From the IMG/VR virus record IMGVR_UViG_3300010885_025649, positions 1 to 64,000 of that record: a stretch of DNA of 64,000 bases. The stretch is one strand, 5' to 3'. How positions within the stretch are numbered: the first letter of the stretch is position 1; every line of letters begins with the position of its first letter. Position numbers and translations under genes: made by a program. Positions 47,493 through 56,851 of the stretch are shown one piece after another. The notes beneath the pieces are model-generated. The model ran no database searches, was not told where the DNA came from, and saw only the letters and a program-made list of their open reading frames with translations.

Positions 47493-48590
47493 TTAAATGA
47501 TGGGTGAGAGTAAAACTATACCAGCTTCTTTAAAGTTGGGATTATATATACGAATATAATAAGTATTAGCAATTGGCATAAACTGTTCAATCGCTATAAT
47601 ATCTGCATCTTTAAAATAACTACTAATAATAAAATATAATTTACTCGCCTCGTAATTCATAGTCACCCAATCACCAAGTTGTTTATAACAACTGATTTCT
47701 GCGTGATTAACTAAAGAATTACTATCATTAATAATACTTAACAAATCCTCATTAAAACTAAAGGAGCTACTACTAGTATCTTCAGTAATCTTAATTTGAT
47801 TTAAAGCTATTAATAATTCCATTCTAGGGAATTCTAAACAGCTTATAGCATCTGTATTAAGAGCTTGATCAATAATAGCTACTTGATTATTATCTACTAA
47901 TAACTTTAATTGATATTTAGAAACTTCAGTAACAAAAGATAAAACAGAATTATTATCATAGCAGATTTGAATATCTGCAGATTTTAATTCAGGTAAACCT
48001 TTAAGCATATCCGGATTAATAACTAATACTAATGGAGATTTAACATCAATAGTATTAGCAATAACCTGCTTATATGCCGTAGTTAAATCAAATGTCCAAC
48101 TATAAGCAGTTAAAGTTTTACTGTTAAATACAAGAGCTATATTAGATTTACTAGTATTAGCTAGTTTATTAAACCAAGAATACACTTCATCAGGAGAATC
48201 AGATTGGAATATTACATTAGTATTATACGGTTCAAGTTTGAATTGCGCCGTAGTATATTTTGATAATGGAATATCAATCTTATTATTTCCTGTACCTTTA
48301 ACAACCAGTTTAGATTTAGCCGCACTAATTGTACAAGATGGTTTAGGATCCAATGCTTTAATTCTACTTAGCATTAAGTTACCATTAACCAAATAGCTAT
48401 CCTTATTAGGAGTACAATCTGGAACAAGCACAGTTACTTGAGCTTTAGTAGGATTACAAGCGCTAAGTAATACTCCACCTGCTGCAGGCTCAATTAGAAT
48501 AGTTTCAGTTAATGCATTATCCGAGCTAGTGGTTTTAACAATAGCTTGTAGGAACTTTATAAACTGTGTACTATTATCAATCAATAACAT
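47493..48590 (-). CDS. DNA sliding clamp (Pol III beta-like)
   Basis: 365 aa (beta-clamp size). N-terminal 'L......ILIE....LLSA' and C-terminal 'IVLLSPI' resemble DnaN. Lies between polA and dnaX. Confidence 0.6.
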   Translation of the reverse strand: MLLIDNSTQFIKFLQAIVKTTSSDNALTETILIEPAAGGVLLSACNPTKAQVTVLVPDCTPNKDSYLVNGNLMLSRIKALDPKPSCTISAAKSKLVVKGTGNNKIDIPLSKYTTAQFKLEPYNTNVIFQSDSPDEVYSWFNKLANTSKSNIALVFNSKTLTAYSWTFDLTTAYKQVIANTIDVKSPLVLVINPDMLKGLPELKSADIQICYDNNSVLSFVTEVSKYQLKLLVDNNQVAIIDQALNTDAISCLEFPRMELLIALNQIKITEDTSSSSFSFNEDLLSIINDSNSLVNHAEISCYKQLGDWVTMNYEASKLYFIISSYFKDADIIAIEQFMPIANTYYIRIYNPNFKEAGIVLLSPII

Positions 48591-48591
48591 A

Positions 48592-49092
48592 TTAATTAAA
48601 CTCCGAAGTGCGTGGATCTTGTGTAGCTAAATTAGCTAATACAGAATTGTAACTACTTAAGACTTTATGTAAGTCTTTAGTTTCTTTCATATAATCAAAG
48701 AGACTATTAGTAAGTTCTAAATCCTCATAAAACTTAGATAATTGAAAGAAAGCTTTAATTCGATTAGGGCTAAATTTATACATAAGCAATAATTTAGTAT
48801 CGGATAAATAAGTAGTCTTAGCAAAATCACTTGAAGTTAATAACTCAAGATTTAATTCCGCCATAAAATTCAACAAAGTATTTACAACTTCAAAGTTATT
48901 ACTATCAACTGCAGTAAAATCCTCAAGTAATAATTCCACTAATATCTTAGAGCTACACATAAATAAAAGGACAGAGCAGTTCTCTGTTGTAACTGTAACA
49001 ATAGTCCCATCTAAATTAGGTGTAGCTGTAGCAGATTCCAATCCTAAAACCCCTATAAAAGTTTTAGCAAATGACATTAAAGAATGATTCAT
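48592..49092 (-). CDS. hypothetical protein (likely start ATG 49092)
   Basis: ATG 1 nt after the polA stop; 166 aa. Confidence 0.55.
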   Translation of the reverse strand: MNHSLMSFAKTFIGVLGLESATATPNLDGTIVTVTTENCSVLLFMCSSKILVELLLEDFTAVDSNNFEVVNTLLNFMAELNLELLTSSDFAKTTYLSDTKLLLMYKFSPNRIKAFFQLSKFYEDLELTNSLFDYMKETKDLHKVLSSYNSVLANLATQDPRTSEFN

Positions 49093-49093
49093 G

Positions 49094-52000
49094 TTAGTGT
49101 TCCCAATAAGTATTACAGCCAAATTCCGACGCGCCTTTAACAACATTATTCATTAGTGCCGTCGCAACTATTTCCATCATATTCTTTATTCTATAAATAT
49201 GTTTACTAGCTTCTGTATCATAGACAAAGCTTTTATAAGTATTAGATTTCTTATTATAGCTACAATTGATTATGGATTCCGGACTATAAACACTTTCATA
49301 TTTGTTAGTATCAATAGTTAAATTCCCAGGGATCTCGAATATTAATTCATCATGAACTTGCAGGATTAATGAATTAGGAAACTCTTTAGATATTTCTATC
49401 ATAGCTTCCTTAATTTGTTCTGCAGCAAAGGATTGAATAGGTGCATTTACTCCTTGTCGTCTACAAGCATTAGCATCAGATTTACCAACACTAGCATCAT
49501 TAACAAATCTGATTCTACCCTCTGCATTAACCGCATAATAGGTTAAGCCAGCAAACTCCATCTTATCAGCAATCCAAGATTTAAGTACCGGGAATGGATC
49601 AAAGTAATTATTAATAATTATTTCAGCATCTCTAACAGCTTTACGTTGTGCTAACTTTTCTCCAAAGCCTTTATCTACATATGTTTTAGCCAAGTTAAAA
49701 TCTTTAGCTAAACCATCTGCTCCTTTAGCATAGATTTGCCCTAAGCCAATAATTTTAGCTAGATCTCGCAAAGACTTATTATAAATAGGATGAATATGCG
49801 CCGCGGCTATAGGTTTTAATTCATTAAAGGTCCAGTTAGGATTATTAAAGAACTCAGGATAGTTATGATGGAAGACATCTTTAAACATTAAATATGCAGT
49901 CATAGTATGTGCATCCTGCCCTGAGTTCTGAATACGAATCATCTCAGGATCATTAGACATAAATGCCGCGATTCTAATTTCTTGACTAGATAAATCGACA
50001 CTCAGTAATAATTTGTTAGGCGGCGAGACAAATATGTGTCTATAGTTCTTCTCTTTACCATCTAAAGGATCTATCAGTTTTACTTTACTTATTTGTTGCA
50101 TGTTCTTAACTACCCTTACTTATTCTTACGTAAGGGAATGGACTATATCATAATCTTACATGCTTTCTTGTATCTTTTATACTTTCTTTCAATTCCCCAA
50201 CCATCATAATCTTTATATAACCAATTACATAAAGTATAAGTGTCTTTTTTATTACTTCTAAATCCTGGATATTTTCTAGTCTTATTATCTCTATAAATGT
50301 AATCTTTCTTTAAATTTACATCTAAAGTTTTATTCAATAACAATATAAGACCTTCTATAAAAGTTTCACTACCACAATAAATCCTAACTTCATTACTACG
50401 TATTGAGCCATCCCCATCTATAACCCCTCTAATGTAATATCTTAAACATTCAGGGTCATAAAAAGTAGTTGGCATGCTACAAGTAAAGGTTTTATTGTTA
50501 TGTAAATTGTAATGTAAACTTAAATAGTTACGTAAGTATTTTCCAGTTAGCGTAATATCATAATTATAACTATTAAACTTAGACACATAGTAACTTTTAA
50601 TATCTCTATTAAAGTAACTGCCTAACTTAATAATTATATCCTTATCTTTTTCATGTAATCTTAAAGATACCCGGTTGCCTCTATCATCAATAAAACCATC
50701 AGTAACTAATAAACCACAATAATAATTAAATACAGGATTAGTATAATCAACTTTAGTAGTATCCCAGCTAACAGGTACTATTGGTTTATGACTAATGATA
50801 TCATTAATTTTTAGTAGACATTTTATTGCACCTGGAGTTCTATTAGCTATTTTAGATATTTGAGTTGGAGTCAAATTATCATTAACATATAAATTAATAA
50901 TATTATCTTTTTCTTCTTTAGTATAAAATCTACCTTTTGGCATTATAAGACTCTCTGCGCTCAAGATTATTTCATCTTATTAATATGTCTATATTTTAAC
51001 ACACATTAACTTAGATTACTATAATTAGTCTCTAGACGTTCCTAAAGTTTCCTTGTAGGCTTCGCTTGGTATTGGCCCATTTATAAAGAAAGGCGTTCAC
51101 CGAGTTCACAGAGTTTTCATATAATATCACTACTATATGCCCCCACTTAACAAAGGGTTGTTTGAACTAAATCTCAGTTGTTATCTTATAGGCTCTTTAT
51201 CCTATAATTCTTAAGGTTTTCCATCCCTTAAGGTCAGAGTACCTCTTTAACTATTAGTATAGTTAAACCTTGTTCTTGGATATTTCATCATATGTATTAT
51301 AACATACACTTAGACTACTTTATCTACTCGTTACACACGTTTATTAATATTTCTATTAACACTGGCTAGGGATTCCCCATAAATATGTGGAGGGGTTCCC
51401 CTAATTAAAGGTTTTTACACTACAGAATCACTTCTATATGGGGCAGATATGTTTACCCGTGCTTGTTCCCAATTGATCAAAGTTACTATGCACTCTACCG
51501 GTAACAGGATTAATATAGATTTCATAATCAGTACCAATCTGTTTACGCAGAATAGATAGCTCACTAAAAGTCTTTAGCATTAAATAAATATTAGATTCTT
51601 GTTTAAACTTAATTAGATTTAATTCCGCTTCTAAATCTTCTTCTTCATCATCTTCAGTAAAATTATCTTCTTGATTAATATAATCATTTGATGATTTAAA
51701 TACCGCCAATAATTCTTGTATAACTTTCTTACTAGTATTCTCTACATCAAGACCTATAAGATTAAGTAATGATTTCATCTTAATAGGATTACTAAATAGT
51801 TTAGAATCCAAAATAATAAATTCACCCAATAAATTAACCTTAAATTTAATAAAAGACTCTGGTTCTGTAATTCCTTCTTGAATATCTTTAGCCAGTTTTA
51901 GTTGATTTATTCTAACAGCAAGTTCATATTGAATCTGTGGAATTCTATTTATAGCAACTTGGCGTAATCTTTTATACAAAGGTAAATCTAATAAGACCCC

Positions 52001-52693
52001 TTTAAGTTCCATGTCTGCAACTTTAGGTAATAGTTTATTCTCACGAATAAGAATCTTACCCATACCATAACCACCAGAACCAAAAGGTAAACTAATAGTT
52101 TCTTCTAAAGTTTCCTTTAATCTATGAAGATGAATAACATCTTCAGCAGCATATTGTAATTGTTCTATTGTTAAATCCGGTTCGGCCCAATTACTAACCT
52201 GTTGTGTCTTATCTAAATATATTCCATATAACTGCCGTAGAATACCTTTAAGGCCATCTCCATGAGTTCTTATTAAAGATACCCCGCTAGCATTTGCTAT
52301 TAGTTTAACGGCTAAATAACAATCAAATACGTTAGCTAAATTAATATCACAATTAACCTTAAGCATTTTATAATCGAACTTAATATTATAACCTATAGAA
52401 GTAACCGCAGGAGATTCTAATAAAGCTTTAAGTTCTATAACATCTGGTAGATATAAGATATCAAATATAAAACAATTAGCTGGAGTAGCTATTTGCAGTA
52501 GTCTAACTTTATTAGTATAAGGATCAGTAAAAGAAATACGTTTACCTGATTTTATAGTAGCGTCTAATCTATTATGCCACTGTAAATAGATAGGATTACT
52601 ATAAGTTTCCACATCAATACTAAGGAATTTATATTTCTGTAATTCTGAAATAGCTAAATAATAATCCGAATTCTTTTCTTTAATGTATAGCAT
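49094..52693 (-). CDS. polA: family A DNA polymerase, spliced join(52693..51455, 51174..51154, 50104..49094), 756 aa
   Basis: Exon 1 holds the 3'-5' exonuclease (DVET, YNIKFD, YAAED) and ends GTSTG. Exon 2 is RFSSNNP. Exon 3 has NMQQI..DLSSQEIR, LRDLAK..GQIY, QVHDE. The join restores TGRFSSNNPNMQQI in frame. Confidence 0.93.
50105..51153 (-). mobile_element. group I intron 2 in polA (1049 nt, with homing endonuclease ORF)
   Basis: P1 CCCU/GGGG with U-G. P7 AGAGACUA / GAUAUAGUCC. P8 AGUCUUAUA/UGUAAGAUU enclosing the ORF. Terminal G at 50105. P10 UGUU/AACA. Confidence 0.93.
50143..50943 (-). CDS. intron-encoded double-motif LAGLIDADG homing endonuclease with N-terminal HTH
   Basis: YYCGLLVTDG and YIRGVIDGDG. 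Likely ATG at 50943, right after the P8 5' strand; the stop lies inside the P7 3' strand. Confidence 0.88.
   Translation of the reverse strand: MPKGRFYTKEEKDNIINLYVNDNLTPTQISKIANRTPGAIKCLLKINDIISHKPIVPVSWDTTKVDYTNPVFNYYCGLLVTDGFIDDRGNRVSLRLHEKDKDIIIKLGSYFNRDIKSYYVSKFNSYNYDITLTGKYLRNYLSLHYNLHNNKTFTCSMPTTFYDPECLRYYIRGVIDGDGSIRSNEVRIYCGSETFIEGLILLLNKTLDVNLKKDYIYRDNKTRKYPGFRSNKKDTYTLCNWLYKDYDGWGIERKYKRYKKACKIMI
51175..51454 (-). mobile_element. group I intron 1 in polA (280 nt, no ORF)
   Basis: 5' exon ends in U. P1 GGGU/GCCC with U-G. P3 AAACCUU/AAGGUUU. P7 GAGUA/UACUC. P8 hairpin UUUAACUAU-ACUA-AUAGUUAAA. Terminal G at 51175. P10 AUCU/AGAU. Confidence 0.9.
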
Positions 52694-52977
52694 TATTTAA
52701 CCATGAACATAATATTTAGTATACTTCCATCTTTAGCTTTATTAATATTACACCAATAAGAATCAGTATAGATAATCTCAACAGTTCCTACTTTATAAAG
52801 TGTTCTTGTAGATAATTCAATAACAATTAATTTATTAGAGTTAGCGAAAATAACATTATAAAAGGGGATACATTGTACCCCCAAGATTGTTTTTAATATA
52901 GTTACATTTAATAATTTATGTTGATAGACTCCAATATAAAGACCATCAACAAGTTTATAAATATCATTACTTATCAT
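52693..52977 (-). CDS. hypothetical protein
   Basis: 94 aa, coupled to phoH and polA. Confidence 0.5.
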   Translation of the reverse strand: MISNDIYKLVDGLYIGVYQHKLLNVTILKTILGVQCIPFYNVIFANSNKLIVIELSTRTLYKVGTVEIIYTDSYWCNINKAKDGSILNIMFMVK

Positions 52978-53662
52978 ACCTATTTAATATTTCTCCTATA
53001 ATTCCATTTCTAACAACATCAGCTTTAGTAAACTCAAACAAGCCAATGCCAGGAATTCCCCTAAGTCTCTTCAACGCATCTTCCAATCCCGAATAGTTAT
53101 TACCCCGCATTTCCATTTGATTAACATCACCAGCTAATACCATCTTAGCACTATCGCCCAGTCTTGTAAGGAGTTTAAGGAAATCATCTGGAGTAGTATT
53201 TTGTACTTCTTCACAAATAACAAAGCAATGATTTAAGGAACGCCCCCGAACTAATTCAGGAGCGATAATCTCAATCTTATTATTGAGCCAATATTCAGCT
53301 TTACCTAAATCCATCATGACTAACAAGTTGTCTAAAATAGGACCAAGAAACGGAGACATCTTTTCATCAGCAGTGCCGGGTAAAAATCCCAATCTATTTT
53401 CTACTAAAGGTCTAATAATAACAATACGTTCTACTCCTGTTTTAGATCTGTGTTGTACATATCTAATTGCTTGATATAGTGCTGTTAGAGTTTTACCAGT
53501 TCCAGCAGGGCCTTGACAAATTGTATAGGTGTTACTATCAATAACTTCTATATATTCGCGTTGCGCTGGAGTAATGTGTAACGTGATATCACTTTCAGAC
53601 CTAACTTCGGAACTTAACTGAGATTTCTTAGCCATATATAGTATACCTAAAGGATATACCAT
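52967..53662 (-). CDS. phoH: PhoH-family ATPase
   Basis: GPAGTGKT, LGFLPG, RGRSL, EEVQN, LTRLG, GDVNQ, DVVR. Confidence 0.95.
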   Translation of the reverse strand: MVYPLGILYMAKKSQLSSEVRSESDITLHITPAQREYIEVIDSNTYTICQGPAGTGKTLTALYQAIRYVQHRSKTGVERIVIIRPLVENRLGFLPGTADEKMSPFLGPILDNLLVMMDLGKAEYWLNNKIEIIAPELVRGRSLNHCFVICEEVQNTTPDDFLKLLTRLGDSAKMVLAGDVNQMEMRGNNYSGLEDALKRLRGIPGIGLFEFTKADVVRNGIIGEILNRYDK

Positions 53663-53697
53663 ATATAGCTTATTTCCTATTGGGATTACTTAACTTA

Positions 53698-54285
53698 TTA
53701 AGTGCGGTTATTTAGAATAGGAAGTTCCATCTTAGGAGGATGCTGATAATAAGGAGCAATGGCTTCTAACCAATCTTGCGCTTTAGATAAACAAGTCAAG
53801 ATCTCAACATTATCTTCCGTGTCAATATTAATACCATAGGTAGCACGCATATCTTCATCACGCATCCGTCTAAGATGATCAGAAGCATTAAGCGCCATAA
53901 TCCCCGTGAAGAGTTCTGGATACTTATAGATATTATTATTATCCACACGACCATAAGACAAATCGGTATCTAAGTTACCAATCTTAGGAACAAAGTCTAA
54001 CACTACGGTTACTTCTTTAAGATCCGGAATCCCCATAATCCCATAATATCTACTAGACTTTTCCCGCTGAACATATAGAATAATAATTCCTTCAGGATTA
54101 ATCTCACTAAAGTCTGTCATGAACAACAAACCTTTAAGAATCATCTCAAGGTTACGCTCAGCCGCAGCCAAGCTGGGTTGATTAGATTTAGTAGGATCAT
54201 CATTATACATACCAATCATATTCTTAGCAACTTCAGCAAGCGCCACTTTATCACAAATAGCAGGTTTCCAAATTGTATTAGTCAT
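53698..54285 (-). CDS. hypothetical protein
   Basis: 195 aa, AGGA SD. Confidence 0.6.
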   Translation of the reverse strand: MTNTIWKPAICDKVALAEVAKNMIGMYNDDPTKSNQPSLAAAERNLEMILKGLLFMTDFSEINPEGIIILYVQREKSSRYYGIMGIPDLKEVTVVLDFVPKIGNLDTDLSYGRVDNNNIYKYPELFTGIMALNASDHLRRMRDEDMRATYGINIDTEDNVEILTCLSKAQDWLEAIAPYYQHPPKMELPILNNRT

Positions 54286-54306
54286 TTAAGTATTTCCTAT
54301 AATTAG

Positions 54307-54726
54307 TTAAGTTGCACCAAATAAATCTGCAGGTGAGCCAGATACCCGCGGTGGTATATGTTTAAAGCGTTCTTTAAGTTCCTCATCGCTAAGGCCCATA
54401 GTGCCATCAGGATCAGAGTTTCTAAAGATAGCTAAATCTTCCGCAGTAAATATATTAGCAGGAGGTTCTTTAATTACTTCTGCTGCTACCTCTTGAGATC
54501 GCTGTTTAAGTTGAGATGCTAAAGAATAGGCATCTATATAATCTACAGGCCCGCCTAAAGATTTTACTGAGGAGTTATTATCTGGGGAGAATAACTCTAA
54601 TTCCAACATAGTGTTATAAGTAACCACAAGTTTATGTTGTTGAGCAGCTTCACCAAATTCACCATTAGCTAAAGCCGCAGCAATTTTATCTAATAAAACA
54701 TATTTACTATTCATATTGGTCCTCAA
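54307..54726 (-). CDS. hypothetical protein
   Basis: about 135-139 aa. Confidence 0.55.
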   Translation of the reverse strand: MRTNMNSKYVLLDKIAAALANGEFGEAAQQHKLVVTYNTMLELELFSPDNNSSVKSLGGPVDYIDAYSLASQLKQRSQEVAAEVIKEPPANIFTAEDLAIFRNSDPDGTMGLSDEELKERFKHIPPRVSGSPADLFGAT

Positions 54727-54961
54727 TAGGCAGTTTAGATTTTACTGCTTCTAATCGTTTAATAAATTCAAAAAGTTGTTCTTGCAAACCCGGAGTAGCT
54801 TTAACCATAGCTTTAACACAAGTTAAACAGAATTTAGATTCAGTAATTGGATATGAAACTCTTTTAGAAAACTCCATAAATTGTGGATTGGGGCGCCGAT
54901 AGAAAGTTCTATAGTCAGTTCTACAGCGCTCACAGGTAGCAATCATTCGTGTTTGTCGCAT
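54707..54961 (-). CDS. small Zn-finger-like protein
   Basis: CERC...CLTC. Confidence 0.55.
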   Translation of the reverse strand: MRQTRMIATCERCRTDYRTFYRRPNPQFMEFSKRVSYPITESKFCLTCVKAMVKATPGLQEQLFEFIKRLEAVKSKLPIEDQYE

Positions 54962-55156
54962 TTATTTTAACCGATAAGCATTAAAGGGTACATCACTAGT
55001 ATAAAACATAACTTTCTTTTCAACTAATCCCTTTTTAACAAAGCTGGCTACGTGACCCCGCACTTGTTGAATAGGAATATTTAAATCTTGACTAATACTA
55101 CCAGTATCACAATCACTATTAAGCGCAATATAACCAGCAATTAAATAACTATTCAT
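54962..55156 (-). CDS. small winged-helix protein
   Basis: ISQDLNIPIQQVRGHVASFVKKGLV. Confidence 0.6.
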   Translation of the reverse strand: MNSYLIAGYIALNSDCDTGSISQDLNIPIQQVRGHVASFVKKGLVEKKVMFYTSDVPFNAYRLK

Positions 55157-55772
55157 TCTTCAAAGTCCTTTTAACTTTAATTCCAACACGTAACATAGGA
55201 TTCTTTTGGCGACTAAGATTAACATAGTCTCTACAAGTCAATCCCAAAAATTGTAGATTAGGCGCATCATCAACTAATCTCTTTAGATATCTAGTAATAC
55301 TAGAAACTGTACTTCCCCATTCCCTTAAATACTCTGCTCTACGAAGATACATAGGATTAAGTGCATGTAATAAAGTAACTAATATAATTACTTCTTTATC
55401 TAAAGGAAGTCGAAGTAATGTAGGAACTAATGCATGATAAGCATTAGTCATATTTTGGGCATCAATATCGATTACATCGTAATTTAGGATGCCCAATTCT
55501 TGTACTAATTCTACTGCAGAACGATTAAATGTAGCTTTACAGTTCAAATCATAATCATTTGTAGTAACAATCATTCCTTTGGCTACATGATGTGTAGTTA
55601 AATTTCCATGCCCCGCCATAATTTCCAAACAGGTTTTATTTGTGGGATCAAATTTAAACTCCTCAAAGATAATGTCATCAATATTACTTTTAAGTTTTGC
55701 AGTTAAGACTGATCTAGTTTGAGTCTGTGTTATTAAGGCGGTCAAGGGTGTCCTCCAATCTTTCAATGGCAT
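55149..55772 (-). CDS. class I SAM-dependent methyltransferase-like protein
   Basis: LEIMAGHG (motif I), TTND, YDVIDID. Confidence 0.55.
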   Translation of the reverse strand: MPLKDWRTPLTALITQTQTRSVLTAKLKSNIDDIIFEEFKFDPTNKTCLEIMAGHGNLTTHHVAKGMIVTTNDYDLNCKATFNRSAVELVQELGILNYDVIDIDAQNMTNAYHALVPTLLRLPLDKEVIILVTLLHALNPMYLRRAEYLREWGSTVSSITRYLKRLVDDAPNLQFLGLTCRDYVNLSRQKNPMLRVGIKVKRTLKNE

Positions 55773-56352
55773 GTGTGACAGTATTAATATCAGTGTAAAT
55801 TTCAGAAGCCTCTTTACTTAATAAATGATATTCTAATTCACTTTCATGAATATAGAAATCAGATAACAAATGATTAAGTTTAAAGACATTAAGAAATCTA
55901 TTTAAGTTATATAAAAATATAGACGGCTCTTTACGTTTAAGATAAATTAAATAAACAGTATAATCATGTTCATAAGCTAGTTGTTGTAGAATACTTTTAT
56001 ATTCAAATAGAAATCTACAATCAGTAATAACAACTCTTTGTAGATTATCTGCAAGAATTTTACGAATAGTACCATCTACAAATATAGCTTTATTAATTTT
56101 AGTCTTAACCCATTCAGCCCCTACTTGTAGTAAATGTCTAACAGTAAAACCATACGTGGTAGGTTGAACAGAGGCTTTATAACTTTGCTCATTTAACTTA
56201 TTTAAATCTAAATCAAATAAAGCCACAACAGATTTCCGTAAAGAATCTGCAAATGCGGCTTTAGTAAATCCATAATTATTAATTAAATGTTTAGCTAAAG
56301 TATCTTTACCAGAACCTAAAGGACCACAAAATATAATAATAATTTTATTCAT
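55714..56352 (-). CDS. deoxynucleoside monophosphate kinase
   Basis: GPLGSGKDT, AFADSL, R.LLQ, VITDCRF, HESE. Confidence 0.88.
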   Translation of the reverse strand: MNKIIIIFCGPLGSGKDTLAKHLINNYGFTKAAFADSLRKSVVALFDLDLNKLNEQSYKASVQPTTYGFTVRHLLQVGAEWVKTKINKAIFVDGTIRKILADNLQRVVITDCRFLFEYKSILQQLAYEHDYTVYLIYLKRKEPSIFLYNLNRFLNVFKLNHLLSDFYIHESELEYHLLSKEASEIYTDINTVTHAIERLEDTLDRLNNTDSN

Positions 56353-56614
56353 CCGTATAAATTCTAACTCCTGATTTTATAAGATCCCAAACAGTTTGAT
56401 TAGTTGGCGTTTTAAATTCCACCGGTTCATTATTAGAATTAATTACCCATAGTCCTGAATTGCCTCGACTCTCCAAGAATATTGTGTAAGCCTGTAAAGT
56501 TATAAGTTTAGTAATAGCTTCCGTTACAGAATCTACTCTTTCCATATAAGTTCTGGCCCCATAATAATCTGTAATAGTTGCCATATAAATAACAAATTGT
56601 CCTTCAGGATTCAT
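56345..56614 (-). CDS. hypothetical protein
   Basis: 89 aa in the operon. Confidence 0.5.
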   Translation of the reverse strand: MNPEGQFVIYMATITDYYGARTYMERVDSVTEAITKLITLQAYTIFLESRGNSGLWVINSNNEPVEFKTPTNQTVWDLIKSGVRIYTDE

Positions 56615-56851
56615 TTATCTTTCATCCTTAAAAGTATCTTCTGCTTCAGGAACTCTTAATCTAAACTCAGCTTCTGCTTGTGGTCCACCAATTGTATAGG
56701 TTACACCATAAGCAGTTACTACAGTTAATTTGCAGGGTTCTTTGCGTCTATAATCCTCATTCAACCAACTAAAAGCTATAGTCCGCCATTGTTCTTTAGG
56801 AGGAAGATAAGTAGCTTCCTCCACAGTCATGTCTTTAAATAGCCAGTTCAT
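56615..56851 (-). CDS. hypothetical protein
   Basis: 78 aa in the operon. Confidence 0.5.
   Translation of the reverse strand: MNWLFKDMTVEEATYLPPKEQWRTIAFSWLNEDYRRKEPCKLTVVTAYGVTYTIGGPQAEAEFRLRVPEAEDTFKDER

Noticed and set aside
50944-50964. TTG start of the 273-aa ORF in the track
   Set aside because: These bases form intron P3/P8 strands; ATG 50943 at the start of the P8 loop is more plausible.
49094-52693. polA as a pseudogene or as two independent (split) genes
   Set aside because: Precise group I splice junctions and a 21-nt exon restore an intact 756-aa frame.
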